From NCBI GenBank assembly GCA_964016885.1, contig OZ024742.1:21080001-21144000 (forward strand): DNA of 64,000 bases. The letters are read 5' to 3'. The stretch comes from Eledone cirrhosa (Eukaryota). Positions 31,751-44,009 of this stretch are shown piece by piece. Position numbers and translations under genes: made by a program. A model generated the notes under the pieces. That model had not been told where the DNA came from. It saw only the letters and a list, made by a program, of their open reading frames with translations, and did not search any database. Every line of letters begins with the position of its first letter. The stretch's first letter is position 1.

Positions 31751-32200
31751 CAGGGTATAATACATTTCTTTGCAAAAAAATGAAAGAGGAATGGTAAAAT
31801 AACAAGGTGAAAAGTATTTAACAAGAAATGTAAGAAATGGATTCGAGATTAATAAATCAATCACTATTAGTGAGGAAAAAGGATCAAGAGCATTTCTAAA
31901 ATAGAAAAGGGATGAGAGGAGTAGAGAGAAGGATGGAATTACACAGAGAGTGTGTGAGAGAGGGAGTGAGCGAGTCAGAGAGAGAGGGAGTGAGAGAGAT
32001 GAAGAGAGAGGGAGTGGGAGTGAGGTGGAAGATGCTGGAAAGTGTAAACGGCAAAGCAAATGTGTATTTGTGAGAAAAATAATCCCAAACTAAAACGTGC
32101 CGAATTTTATCAAAGTAATCCCAACTCACACTTTATTATTTTGTGTGTGTGCGTGTATATATATATATAACGAAGGAATTGTGGTAAGGAAGCAAATGGA

Positions 32201-32276
<76 letters not shown>

Positions 32277-32301
32277 ATATATATATTTATATATTATATA
32301 T

Positions 32302-32380
<79 letters not shown>

Positions 32381-32631
32381 ATATATATATATTATATATA
32401 TATATATTATATATTATATTTATTAAAATAACAGATTAAAGTTTAAGCAAAGAATCGCTGCTTTCACTCTTAACGGGATCTTCTGAAACAAAAAAAAAAT
32501 CAATCTGTGAATGCAGAAGTAAATATTTCGGAAAACGTTGCAACCGAAGGAAAACGGGAAGTTGATACTTTATCGAACCCTCTTTGGATTTTAGTCTTCA
32601 AATTTATTATTATTACTATTATATATTACTA

Positions 32632-32745
32632 TCAAATCCCGCCGAGGTTAACTTTGCCTTTCATCCTTACGGGGGCGATAAAATAAAGTACCAGTAATAC
32701 ACTGGTTAATTGCTGGCCTTGTGCCTAACGTAGAAACAATTACTA
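32632..32745 (+). mobile_element. SINE 3' portion
   Basis: tcaaatcccgccgaggttaactttgcctttcatcc..gtaccagt, same family as 22805-22988. Confidence 0.75.
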
Positions 32746-32746
32746 T

Positions 32747-32821
<75 letters not shown>

Positions 32822-33510
32822 CATACATACATACATATATATATTATATATATATATATGACTGCCACTACAGGAATTGAAGATTCAAGACCCTAGCGGT
32901 ATGTCGCATATCCAATCTCTTATATATTTTATCTCATGAAAACGTAATGCATATTAACGGCTGAGTAGCCCAATTTGCATATCGAGTGGGTTAATCGGCC
33001 GGGTGCACCGAAAACGATAAACGGAAAAAATGAAACGAAATTTCATTTCCCACTCTTAGTACGGCTGTTACTTAAATATAAGAGAGAGGACGCTGTCAAA
33101 AATGAAAAACAGCTGTAAATAACGGCTAAAAAATTAAATAAATAAATTGATGAGGTGTATGTGCTAATATTACAATTATTATAGGTCTAGAATATAGAAA
33201 CTGGGTATATTATTTTATATTGAGTTTGAATACTAAAAATTGGATTAAGAAGTGTAAAAATGTACTAATAAAATAAAATAAAATAAAATAAGATAGAATA
33301 GAATAAAAAATAAATATAAGAATAGTCTATCTATGTCAAAATTAAAAATTACTATTAATAATTTATATATGTGTGGTATAGTATTTAATTATTATTTTAT
33401 ATCAACAAGTAAATAAAGGGAATTGCTAGAAAGGTTTATAAACGTAGAAAGACATATGACGTCAGAAGTTTGTTTACAAAATCTAACGAAAAATTTAAGG
33501 CAGTAGAGAA

Positions 33511-33576
<66 letters not shown>

Positions 33577-33580
<4 letters not shown>

Positions 33581-36040
33581 ATACTTGGGGAGGGTCATAT
33601 TTGTGTAATATTTCCAGAATTAATAACAGAACACACTCACTGTTTGGTTGGTTTTTGCGTTTCGCTTCTGTGTCTTTTATATCGGCAATCTAATTTATTC
33701 GGTCCTCAATGTTGCCATTGACTGACCAACGGTCAAAAATAATACAGATACAATATAAACACAAACACATATATATAGTTTATCAAAGTTCTTTCGTTGC
33801 ACATCTGCAACATCGTCAGTGGTGCTATAGATTCCTCCCGTTGCATTGTATTTCTACGCCATCTTTATTTAGTCTGTTTATATATTTATTTATTTATTTA
33901 TTTATTTGATTGTTTGTTTATTTTATTTTGTCTTCTTTGCGCATGCGTTTGCGTGTGTGTATAGTGTTTTGTTTGATGTGTGTTCGTGTTTGGGTGACTG
34001 TGTATTGGTTAATGTATTCTATGTTTACTAGTGTGTGTTTATATGTGTTTGTTGTTATTGTGCTTGTGTATGTATTTATTTATTTATTTATCTATTTCTT
34101 TATTTATTTATACTTCTCTTAGGTCAGTGTTGTTTGTTTGGGTGTTGTTGTTATTCCATTCATTCTTTCTGTTTAGTCTTGGCCTTCTAAGTTCTATTTC
34201 ACTGGCCCCTCTGATTTGCCTATCTGCTGGGTCATTTCTATGTTTAGATATTATTCTAATTTCTATGTTGTCTATGTTACCGTCGTGTTGTTGTCTCGCA
34301 TGTTCGTATAGTACTGACCCGTTTTTTCGTCCTTTTAGTTCCCCCCAGTGTTGGTCTATCCTTTCACCTATGCTACGAGCTGTCTCGCCTATGTATGTTG
34401 TTGTCATGTTTCTGCAAGTACCCTCTGTACATCTTATGCTATAGACTACGTTTCTAGTTTTACAGTTTATCCGGGGGTTTACCTTACATATGATACATTT
34501 CCTATTAGTACAGTGGGTTTTCTTAAAAGGGTAGGTTTTGCTGATCAGGGATTTTATGGTGGTTCCTGGCTTTTCTACCACCTTAATCTTTAAGTAGGTC
34601 TTTCTCAGGGCCTTTCTACACTGGTTAGCTAATTTCCCTCCAGGGGTAGCATCCACAAACATGACACTCTGGTATCTCTGGTTATCGTACCATGAGGTGG
34701 CTTTCCCTATCTTATGTCTAGCCCTATCTAAGCTATTCCAGGATTTGCTCCTGTATAATGAGCAAATTCCTTTCATGTCCAGTTCTATGAGGGTCTTATA
34801 CTTCTCCATGGCCCCTTCGTATACTCTGACTCTGTCTCTTTGGTTGTAGCCAGAGAACTGCATCCGGTTGATGAAGTGTTGGATGTGTCTTTCCATTTCT
34901 GTTGGGTTGCACATGCGGGACACATTCTTCATCACTCGTACCAAATCTGCGATCAGAATATTAAACTTAGCACTACTGGACATTGGTGAGTTTTTGAGTA
35001 TCAGGTATTTGGAGGCCATGGGTTTAGCATAGTGTGAGTGGAGAATTTGGGCTCTCTCGTCTATAGTGTTAATCCAGAGTTCCGTGTCTAATACAGGTAG
35101 TCTATTGTTAGGATGTTTGGAAGGGTAGTCGATAATTACAGTTATATTCTGGTGTATGGAATTAGCTATCTGCTGGATGCTTTCCATTTTGCTTCGTTCT
35201 AAATCAAACTTGTTAGTGCTCTCTAGTGGGGATGTTCTTATAACTATATTGATATCGTCTACATAACGAGAGTACATGATGAGGTCTATGGAGCTCTCAT
35301 TAAGGAGATCTTTAAGTATCCTTTCCCACCATACCATAAAAAGGTTGGCAACATCACCAGCTATGCTGACGCCAATTGCTGCTCCCTCATTTTGGGTGTA
35401 GATCTTCTCGTTGAACTTGAATATGTGGCCCTTTAGGGTAGTTTTGATACTAGCCCCTATTGCATGTGCGACCATTTTTCTTACCTGATCATTGTTTTGG
35501 GGTGTCCGTATAGCTTTGGTCCACCCAATCCACCTTCCCATGGGAGTCTTTTTTGCCAATGAGGTTATGGTGGGGGGGTCTACCTCTTATGGGTCTACTA
35601 TGGCAGAAACGTCTAAGGTCATGGCTGTCTAGGTAGTCAGTGTCGTAGGTAAGTCTAAGTAGGAGGCCCAGTTCGTCTGTGTCGACGTCGCAGAACTCCA
35701 CCTCACTCTCAATGAACATCTCCACACATTTTTCCACAGCAAAATCAATGTTAATGGATGGGTACAGTGATACCACATCCATGCTGCCTATTATGCAGTT
35801 GGATAAACTATATATATGTGTTTGTGTCTATATTGTATCTGTATCATTTTTGACCGTTGGTCAGTCAATGGCAACATTAAGGATCGAGTAAATTAGATTA
35901 CCGATATAAAAGACACAGTGAGTGTGTTCTGTTATTAATTCTGGCAATATTACACAAATATGACCCTCCCTAAGTATAACAGTATTTGTTTCGACACACG
36001 ATTTCATATAAAAAACCTCGCAAAACTAATTCATCACCGT
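33577..36040 (-). mobile_element. Penelope-like element family 2 with 3' pLTR (33577-34107) and an inverted 5' pLTR piece (about 35805-36040)
   Basis: Carries an RT/GIY-YIG ORF. The pLTR ends ATGACCCTCCCCAAGTATAACAAT in (TA)n, with a hammerhead-like motif at about 33782-33823 (-). Confidence 0.9.
34108..35782 (-). CDS. PLE family 2 RT + GIY-YIG ORF, 5'-truncated, with one frameshift near 35570
   Basis: MDVVSLYPSI (ORF 35489-35782) continues into ORF 34108-35559 with YSRYVDDI, NVVYSIRC and YIGETAR. It is a clear paralog of 19186-20619. Confidence 0.9.
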
Positions 36041-36186
36041 TATATAAATATATATATATATATATATGTATATATAATATTTTTTGAAAGAGGATTTGTA
36101 AAATAACAAGGTGAAATGTATTTAAGAAAAAATGTAAGAAATGGAATGGGGATTATTGGCAGCATGACCCTCCCAAAGTATAACAG

Positions 36187-36245
<59 letters not shown>

Positions 36246-36253
<8 letters not shown>

Positions 36254-36595
36254 AGATCAAAAGATGGTTAAAGGAGTTCCATATATTTTATTATGCGCAT
36301 TTCAAAAACAAACATCATCAAGCAATAATATTTGTGTTTTCATCAGATAAAACAGGAGAACATGATATGAAGGCTAAAAAAACACTTGTTGATAGTGCAG
36401 TTTTAAATCAACATATCATATACCTATATGTTGATTTAAAACTGCACTATCAACAAGTGTTTATTTAGCCTTCATATCATGTTCTCCTGTTTTATCTGAT
36501 GAAAACACAAATATTATTGCTTGATGATGTTTGTTTTTGAAATGCGCATAATAAAATATATGGAACTCCTTTAACCATCTTTTGATCTTATATTA
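36246..36595. mobile_element. ~170 bp-arm palindrome with a hammerhead in each arm
   Basis: The arms are reverse complements around atcatatacct. Hammerheads lie at 36490-36556 (+) and 36286-36352 (-). Confidence 0.85.
36490..36556 (+). ncRNA. Minimal hammerhead ribozyme
   Basis: ttttat-CTGATGA-aaacacaaa...tttgttttt-GAAA-tgcgca-TA-ataaaa, with palindromic tgcgca. Confidence 0.75.
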
Positions 36596-36679
36596 TGCAT
36601 ACTCCAGTCCCACAAACTGTAGAGTGCTTCTTATCCGATATCTGCATTGCTTTATTGTACTACAATAAAACTCACCTCC

Positions 36680-36720
<41 letters not shown>

Positions 36721-37966
36721 GATGTATGTTTGTGTTTGCTTGTGTGTGAGTGAGTATGTGCATGTGTGTTTGGATGAAACAAGGAAAGAATGCGAGTGCT
36801 TATGAATGAAATTCTCTTTGAAATCTTACACATGAGTAAGGACATGTGCAAGAAAAACTAAAGCTGTAATATCCTCATTGCTGATGTTATAAGGAGAAAA
36901 GTGGGAAAGTTCAATGAGAGTGAGAAGACATTAGATAGTTCGTTAAAGATAAAGTAGGGAAATTCACAGCTTAATTCCTCCGTTTCGCCCTTTAAGTGGA
37001 GATTGTCGCCAATGTGCCAATACTAATTTCAATGAATATATAAGTAGTTGATTTGGTCATAGTTCAAAACAAAGACAAAAACTGTAATAGGCTAAATACA
37101 TATAATCAAAGTAGTATGATGCAACCTAAATATATTCCAATCAACTATATTGGAATGTAATTGGTGTAATTTGATATGAAATGTACTTTAGGTTATTGCT
37201 ATAATTATTAAAAAGACATGTTAATAATATTATTATAATGCGTTTCTTTCTATGATTTTTTTTATTTCTATAATAATGTATTAAGTATAGAGTTATAGAA
37301 TCCTCAATACAGTAGACATACATACAAACATAAACACGCACATACATATATATACACTCCTACTTTAAATACACACACACAGACACACACAGACACACAC
37401 ACACGCACACACACTCGTATATATATATATGTATGTGTGTGTGTGTGTATGTGCAGACACACACACATATATATGTGTGTGTGTATGTGTTTGTTTATGA
37501 AGGAGCTAGAAAGTCTGAGAGAGAGTGCGAAAGATTCTTGACTGGTTATGATATACCAACCCCTTGCATATAAAAGACAAAGTTGAACTTGACGGAATTT
37601 GAACATATAACTTAAAGAGACGGTATAAATACTAACATGGCATTTGATCCGATACTCAACCGGTACTGACATCCTACCACACTATCTATCTGCCTATGGG
37701 GAAATATATATATATATTCCGCCATCTATCTATCTATATATCTATCTATCTATCTACTGGGATGGACACACGCGTATAACTTGCTGAGTAAGTTCTGTTT
37801 AAATTTCTATAGAAATTCTTGTCTGATAACTTTAATTTTTGTACCATTTTGTAGAGGGACTGCCAGGTCAAACTTTGATCTGGTCAGTCTCTCAAAATAT
37901 TCTACGCCTTTAGGCGAAATAGTTAAAAAAAAGTTTTTTCTTGTTGAAAAGTCAATATTTTTTTAA

Positions 37967-39763
37967 ATGGCCGAAGCTTCTTCACCAAAATTCGAAGGAG
38001 GAAAGGGGAAGATGAACTTACAGCTTCCCCCTGCCACTGTCACAGTAGCAGAGGTCAAGAAGATAGGTCAGCCAGAGGAAGAATTCTCTCCACCTGTTAA
38101 CCGACAACTTGACGTTGCCATGGCAACAACCCAAAGAATCAGCAGCAACAGCAACAACAACAACAACAACAATGCGACGGACGAAAACAACACCAATAAC
38201 AATAACAATAACAACAACAAGACCAATAACGGTGACAACAACAACAATGATAACAACAACACCACCAACGACAACAACAACAACACAAACAAACAAAATT
38301 TCTCCTTCGCCGAGACGACAAGGAAAACCCTCGACTATCTGCCAGTAGATATAACAAAAGCGAAGGAGCTACTGGCGGATGCGAAAAAATATATAGTGTA
38401 CGGGGAAAATGGTTCATTCACAATCCATTCCCCCCCGGAACTAAAAAGCCAGAGACTCCTAAACACGGTCATGTTTAGGACAATCTCGAACAAAAGTAAA
38501 AAACCAGCTCAACCATCACAGAGCGAGATAGAGCTGGTTTTAAAAGACGTCATGAAGGACATCACCTTCATTCAGAAGGATAGACTCTACGGGAGTCTAT
38601 CCATTCTCATGAAGGACAGGGACACAGCAGTGAAACTGTCCATCAAACCAATCACATCCACCGCATACACCTTCTACCCTACGTACATGGGTAGAAGAAC
38701 ACAAAAAATAAAAATCCACACCATCCTGCCGATTATGGACATATGGTGGGTTTTGACAGGTTTTCTGGACCTGGAGGATGACATGCTGGTGTCCATGGGA
38801 AAGGCATCGGGTGACGCGTTCAGTGGAACGAGCCTCGAACTTGTAGTTCAAATGAGGCCCGAAAGGATCGCCCAGATCCCTGAACGCGTCATACTGGATG
38901 ATCTAACCTTCATCAACATTACCGTTGAGGGTAGACGGCCCTCGTGTTACCTCTGCGGAACCAGAGGTCACCTGAGGGCTGTCTGTCCCCAACTTAATAA
39001 GAAAACCCCAATCCTGCTTACACCACCAACAACTGCACAACCAACACAATCACCACAACTACCACTACAAAAACAACCACCACAGCTCAAACCAAAACAA
39101 AACAATGTCCAACCCATCCCCTCCACTCAAAAAACAAAAACAATTTCCAAAACACCCGTACCGCAAACACAACCCGAAAATATACCCCTCCCCTCCAACG
39201 CGGAAGATGACCCTAGTTCGTCGTCAGACGAGGAGGAGCACTTCCACACAATCAAAAGAAAAAAAAGAAAACACACCTCAGACACACAAATGAAAAAAAC
39301 CCCTCCCCAAAACATAACACTGACACCAACACAAAAGAGCTCACAACAGCAAACAAAAAACACCACACAAAAACAAAAACATGCATACACATACATAAAT
39401 ACAAGAAACAAAAAACTGTTAAACATTGTGTACAACAACAATCTAATAAAAACACAAGGGCCTAACTTCACCCAGGCAGGGGATTTCCCCCACCTCAAAA
39501 TGATTAAGGCCCCACAGGACACCTATAAAACTTTAAAAAACAATTTTAAAGAGGACGTGGGTCCCCCCTGCGTCGGGCCCATTAACCGCGTCCTCCTAAA
39601 AAACTATCCCACCCCCTCCCCAAACACCCTCACAACTCCAAGCTCCCCAACCACACAACACACTGATGCCCCCACACTTTCACAAACCACCACCCCACCC
39701 AACAACCCATCCCCCACCCTAATGGAAATTGTGCAGCCCGATACCCGGGACGCAGAGAGGTAA
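37967..39763 (+). CDS. LINE ORF1 gag-like nucleic-acid-binding protein
   Basis: 598 aa open frame with the CCHC knuckle CYLCGTRGHLRAVC, Asn-rich and Pro/Thr/Gln-rich low-complexity arms, directly upstream of ORF2. Confidence 0.88.
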   Translation: MAEASSPKFEGGKGKMNLQLPPATVTVAEVKKIGQPEEEFSPPVNRQLDVAMATTQRISSNSNNNNNNNATDENNTNNNNNNNNKTNNGDNNNNDNNNTTNDNNNNTNKQNFSFAETTRKTLDYLPVDITKAKELLADAKKYIVYGENGSFTIHSPPELKSQRLLNTVMFRTISNKSKKPAQPSQSEIELVLKDVMKDITFIQKDRLYGSLSILMKDRDTAVKLSIKPITSTAYTFYPTYMGRRTQKIKIHTILPIMDIWWVLTGFLDLEDDMLVSMGKASGDAFSGTSLELVVQMRPERIAQIPERVILDDLTFINITVEGRRPSCYLCGTRGHLRAVCPQLNKKTPILLTPPTTAQPTQSPQLPLQKQPPQLKPKQNNVQPIPSTQKTKTISKTPVPQTQPENIPLPSNAEDDPSSSSDEEEHFHTIKRKKRKHTSDTQMKKTPPQNITLTPTQKSSQQQTKNTTQKQKHAYTYINTRNKKLLNIVYNNNLIKTQGPNFTQAGDFPHLKMIKAPQDTYKTLKNNFKEDVGPPCVGPINRVLLKNYPTPSPNTLTTPSSPTTQHTDAPTLSQTTTPPNNPSPTLMEIVQPDTRDAER

Positions 39764-39787
39764 GTGCCTTTTCTCTTCACCACCAAC

Positions 39788-42700
39788 ATGGCTATGCTAA
39801 GAGTAGGCTGTTTAAATGCGCGTGGCCTGGGCTCAACTTGGAAGCAAGCAATGCTTCTAAATGACCTCAGGTCACAACGTATAGATGTGATGGTTATTTG
39901 CGAGGCCCAGATCAGCAACGTGCGACAGCTGGCCCCCACCTTTGATGACTTTGAGATGCACGCATCTCTCTGTCAGCCCGGAGGTGGGGGTGGAGTTGTC
40001 GTTCTGCTGCAAAAACATCTGGGTCTCGCAACACAGATGGTACATTTGGACCCGGAGGGTCGACTAGTGGTTCTGGACCTTGGCAGTGGTAAAGGCGGAG
40101 CGTTTAGGTTGGTAGCCGCCTACGGCCCTTTCGGGTCAATGCGGCCGGACTTCTTCCATCGTCTGGAGACTTTTCTAGGGACGTCCCGCTCCTTGCTATT
40201 AGTGGGGGACTGGAATGGTATCCTAGATGCACGCTGGGACTACGTAGGGGCCTGCCCCGATAGAGAGGGGTGTAATAGCCTCAAAGGGTTAATCGGTCGA
40301 TTTGACCTGGCCGATAGATATCGACTAGATTTTCCGACTGCGCCAACCTGGACTTGGGCAAATCGTAGCGGATCATCTAGGTCGTACCTAGATAGGTTCT
40401 TAGTTAGAATTAAGGATAAGGACTTTTTAAGTTGTCCAAAAATGCGCATTGTTGGCTATTCAGACCACAAATTAGTGACCTGCATGGTCAACCTTGACAG
40501 AACTCATAGACAGGGCCCCGGTTACTGGAAGCTCAACTTGTCCTTGCCGGCAAGTAGAGCCTACAGGAATCGGATTAGTACGTTAGTTAAGGAACGGTTG
40601 ACTGGAGCGATCGTCAACAGCAGGTGGTGGGTATCTCTAAAGAGAGAGATTAGAGTAGTCTCGATAGAATTTAGTAAGGTTCTAGCTGCGGATAGGAATA
40701 GGAAGGAAAGGGAGCTAATAGATAGAGTAGAAAAGGCAATTAGAAGCGGCGACGTGGCCAGAGTGCTAGCGTCGAGAACGGCTTTGAGCCAGTTTTTCGA
40801 CGCGAAGCACGAAGGCTGCGTTGTCCGAAGTAAAATACGTGCTCTAGGGAACGAGGGGACCAAAGCTGTTAGCTGGGCCCGCGTGACAGAGGCCAACAGT
40901 GGAACTAAATCCACCATCCGGTCTTTGCGAGACCTGGATGGACGGGCGATTCTTGAGCCTAAGCAGATGTGTGAGGCCTTTCAAAGGCACTTTGCCCGAC
41001 TGTTCGGGAGGGGCGGGGAGCCGGTTAGGAACGTGGACTTCGGTCCATACCTCGACGGCCTGCCGCGCCTCTCGGACAGGGAGGCGAAGTCCTGCGAGGA
41101 GCCGATTTCGGCCGCTGAGATAGAGGACGTGCTGAGCCAATGCGGCAAACGCAAATCCCCGGGTCTCGATGGTCTTCCTTACGAATTATATCTAGCTATG
41201 CCGGACTTGTTCCCCGATCTCCTCGAGGCGGTCTACTGCAACTGGCAACAGAACGGGAGAATTCCCTGTACTGTGACCAAGGGCGTAGTCACGCTAGTGA
41301 GGAAGGACGAGAACAAGGGGGACGAAATAAGTAACTTCAGGCCCATAACACTGCTAAATACAGAGTTACAGATTTTGGCCAAGGTGCTAGCAAAGAGGTT
41401 GGCGCTTGTCGTGGGCAACCTGGTGGGAGATGCGCAGACATGCGCTATCCCGTCCAGGTCCATCCATGACAACCTCCACCTCATACGATACATCATAGAG
41501 AGGGTTGGGAACGAACCCGGCTTTGGTGGGGCTCTGATCAACTTGGATCAATCTAAGGCGTTCGATAGGGTCGACCATGGTTACCTGGATGCGGTGCTAG
41601 CGGCGGCAGGCTTCGGACCCGTTTTCAGGGGCTGGATTACTGCTATGCACAGCAGCCGCATCTGCTCTAGGGTCAAGGTGAACGGCTACCTCTCGGAGCC
41701 GTTCAAAATCGCGCGGTCCATCCGACAAGGGTGCCCTCTCTCCTCCCTTCTGTATGTGTTGACTCTCGAGCCACTACTGCGGAAGTTGGAGTTGTTGCAG
41801 GGCATCCCTTTGGAACCGGGATTGCGGAAAGCGGTGTCGGCCTACGCCGATGACGTGACAGTAATGGTGTCGACGGCCTCCGAAATCGAGGCGGTCGGCA
41901 CCTTACTGGAGGAGTACGAAAAGTTCACAGGGGCTAAGCTGAACCGGGACAAGTCGATCGGTTTGCAACTCGGCACGTGGAGGGGCAGACCGATGCCCTC
42001 CGATGGCGTCGTCGGACGCTGGACGGAGGGCCCGGTGAAGTTGCTCGGGGTCTGGTTCGGACCGGACCTCCAGGTGGAGAAAAACTGGGCGGAGGTTACG
42101 AACAGGGTGTTTGCACTGACCCAGAAGTGGGCCAGTTGCAAACTATCCCTGAAAGGTCGGGCGGAGGTGGCGAACACCTACATAGCGTCCGTCATCTACT
42201 ACCGCCTGACCGTAGTGCCCTGCCCAAGGGAAACCCTCACCAAGATGGAGCGCGCGCTCTTCCAATTCCTTTGGAAGAGGCGGGCTCCTATGGTGAGGAG
42301 ATCCATCTGCTGTCAACACCCTTCGAAAGGAGGGCTGGGGATGCCGTGGCTAATGATGCGTAAACACGCATTAAGGCTACGGCACCTCTACGTATTCCTC
42401 ACCGGACAACCGGTGTGGGCCTCGTTTGTGAGACGAACCTTTCCCAGACTCGTCTCACTCACCGAGCTGCAATCCTGGGTCAAGCAAAGACCGAGAAAAC
42501 TGGGCGCCTGGCACACTGAGTGTGCCCAGGCGCTCACCGCCCTCTGGCAGGCGGATCCGGTTATCAGTGGAGACTCCACCGCAACATTCTATAGAGGGCT
42601 GGTACGCAGCAGGTGCGACGACGCCCTCGGAGAAGCCCTAGACATGGAGGAGGACGAACTGGCCAGCCTGTTCGGTAGGACATTCAGCCCGGGACCTATG

Positions 42701-43225
42701 GACAACTTCCAGAAGTCCCTGGCCTGGCAGTGCTACCGAGGGGCTTTACCCGTTCGAGAAAGGCTCTACAGACACGGGCGCCCGGGTAGGGACCCCGCCA
42801 AAAAGATCTGTCCCAGATGCGTGTGCGACGAGGAAACCGTTGCACACGCATTGGTACACTGCTCGGGCGTAGCCGATCTGTGGGGCCATGTCGAACAACT
42901 GCTGTCAAGGGTGGGACCGATCCGGTTGACCACCGAGTCTATTGTAATGATCAAGCCGCCTCCCCCCTTCAAAGATGAAGCAGAGGCGGTGTTTCTGTGC
43001 GTAATAGCCATGGCGAAAGAGGTTGTATGGTGGACGCGTCTGAAAGGACTGAGGTCGGGCACCTTTCTCTCTGGCCAACAACTGGTCCGTTTCTTCCGAT
43101 ATCATTTCGGAAGAAGGATCAGGATGGAGAGAGAGGTGCTGCACCCCAGCCGTTTCTATGAAAGATGGGTGAAAGTGGCGAGAATGGCCCGTGTGAATGG
43201 GCCTTCACTCTACATCAGACTATAG
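39788..43225 (+). CDS. LINE ORF2: APE endonuclease + reverse transcriptase + C-terminal Cys/His finger
   Basis: LNARGL, GDWN, YLDRFL, SDH (APE); GPGYWKLN; KSPGLDG, FRPITLLN, DQSKAFDRV, RQGCPLS, YADD (RT); CPRC..ETVAHALVHC. First ATG is at 39788. Confidence 0.96.
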   Translation: MAMLRVGCLNARGLGSTWKQAMLLNDLRSQRIDVMVICEAQISNVRQLAPTFDDFEMHASLCQPGGGGGVVVLLQKHLGLATQMVHLDPEGRLVVLDLGSGKGGAFRLVAAYGPFGSMRPDFFHRLETFLGTSRSLLLVGDWNGILDARWDYVGACPDREGCNSLKGLIGRFDLADRYRLDFPTAPTWTWANRSGSSRSYLDRFLVRIKDKDFLSCPKMRIVGYSDHKLVTCMVNLDRTHRQGPGYWKLNLSLPASRAYRNRISTLVKERLTGAIVNSRWWVSLKREIRVVSIEFSKVLAADRNRKERELIDRVEKAIRSGDVARVLASRTALSQFFDAKHEGCVVRSKIRALGNEGTKAVSWARVTEANSGTKSTIRSLRDLDGRAILEPKQMCEAFQRHFARLFGRGGEPVRNVDFGPYLDGLPRLSDREAKSCEEPISAAEIEDVLSQCGKRKSPGLDGLPYELYLAMPDLFPDLLEAVYCNWQQNGRIPCTVTKGVVTLVRKDENKGDEISNFRPITLLNTELQILAKVLAKRLALVVGNLVGDAQTCAIPSRSIHDNLHLIRYIIERVGNEPGFGGALINLDQSKAFDRVDHGYLDAVLAAAGFGPVFRGWITAMHSSRICSRVKVNGYLSEPFKIARSIRQGCPLSSLLYVLTLEPLLRKLELLQGIPLEPGLRKAVSAYADDVTVMVSTASEIEAVGTLLEEYEKFTGAKLNRDKSIGLQLGTWRGRPMPSDGVVGRWTEGPVKLLGVWFGPDLQVEKNWAEVTNRVFALTQKWASCKLSLKGRAEVANTYIASVIYYRLTVVPCPRETLTKMERALFQFLWKRRAPMVRRSICCQHPSKGGLGMPWLMMRKHALRLRHLYVFLTGQPVWASFVRRTFPRLVSLTELQSWVKQRPRKLGAWHTECAQALTALWQADPVISGDSTATFYRGLVRSRCDDALGEALDMEEDELASLFGRTFSPGPMDNFQKSLAWQCYRGALPVRERLYRHGRPGRDPAKKICPRCVCDEETVAHALVHCSGVADLWGHVEQLLSRVGPIRLTTESIVMIKPPPPFKDEAEAVFLCVIAMAKEVVWWTRLKGLRSGTFLSGQQLVRFFRYHFGRRIRMEREVLHPSRFYERWVKVARMARVNGPSLYIRL

Positions 43226-43896
43226 GTGAGGAAGATGAAAGACCAAGGGAGCACCCCTTCTCTGTGCTCCTGAGGAGTAGGGTTGCACACTTTTTTCGGG
43301 GGTGTGTGCGACCCCCCAAGGCGCCTCCTCTCTATTGAGGATTTTGTTAAAAATTTTATTTTTTGTTATATCTTATTTTATTTTTATATTTTGTTATTGC
43401 CTCCTCCTTATTGAGGACGCCTTTTTGTGTAAACTCCCCCCTTTGTACTTGTCCCACTTTTGATGCCCTAGTGGCAAATAAAAGAAATCTATCTATCTAT
43501 TCCCTCATCTATCTATCTATATATAAATGTATATATACATTCCGCATTCTATCTATCTATGTATCTATCTACCTATCTACCTACCTATCTATCTATTTGT
43601 ACTTATGTACATTTCACTTTAGGATACAGGAAATGTATGCTAACGGTAACAGAATAATTTTAGTTTATTAATTAAAGAGTGTACTTGTTAATCCAGATTA
43701 GAAAATTTACGCATGTCACTGACTGGCAGCTAAACAACGTGTATGAAGTTAGACTGTATCACACACAAAAGCATACACATACACACACTAATTATATCAT
43801 ATATATATATATATATATAACGAAGAAAATGTGGTAAGGAACCAGGTGGACCATAACGCACCAAAGTACTCAATACTTGAGGTAGTAGAGTGGGTA

Positions 43897-44009
43897 ATAG
43901 GAACAAGTAAGACCCCGACAGCTGAGCTCAAGCCTTTTCGACGGATAATTCTGTCCAGAATTAGCCGTCGAAACGGCTTGAGCTCAGCTGTCGGGGTCTT
44001 ACTGGTTCC

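Larger units (their letters stand above)
37756..43487 (+). mobile_element. Full-length Tx1/L1-clade LINE flanked by (ATCT)n
   Basis: 5' UTR, ORF1, ORF2 and a 3' UTR with AATAAA at 43477. ATCT repeats lie immediately on both sides. Confidence 0.92.

Noticed and set aside
31537-32059. Poly-K, poly-L, poly-F and poly-S ORFs
   Set aside because: They are artefacts of the (GAA)n tract.
35972-36045. Antisense hammerhead-like pattern in the PLE tail (tgatga...gaaa..ta)
   Set aside because: It lacks C3 and has no credible stem II.
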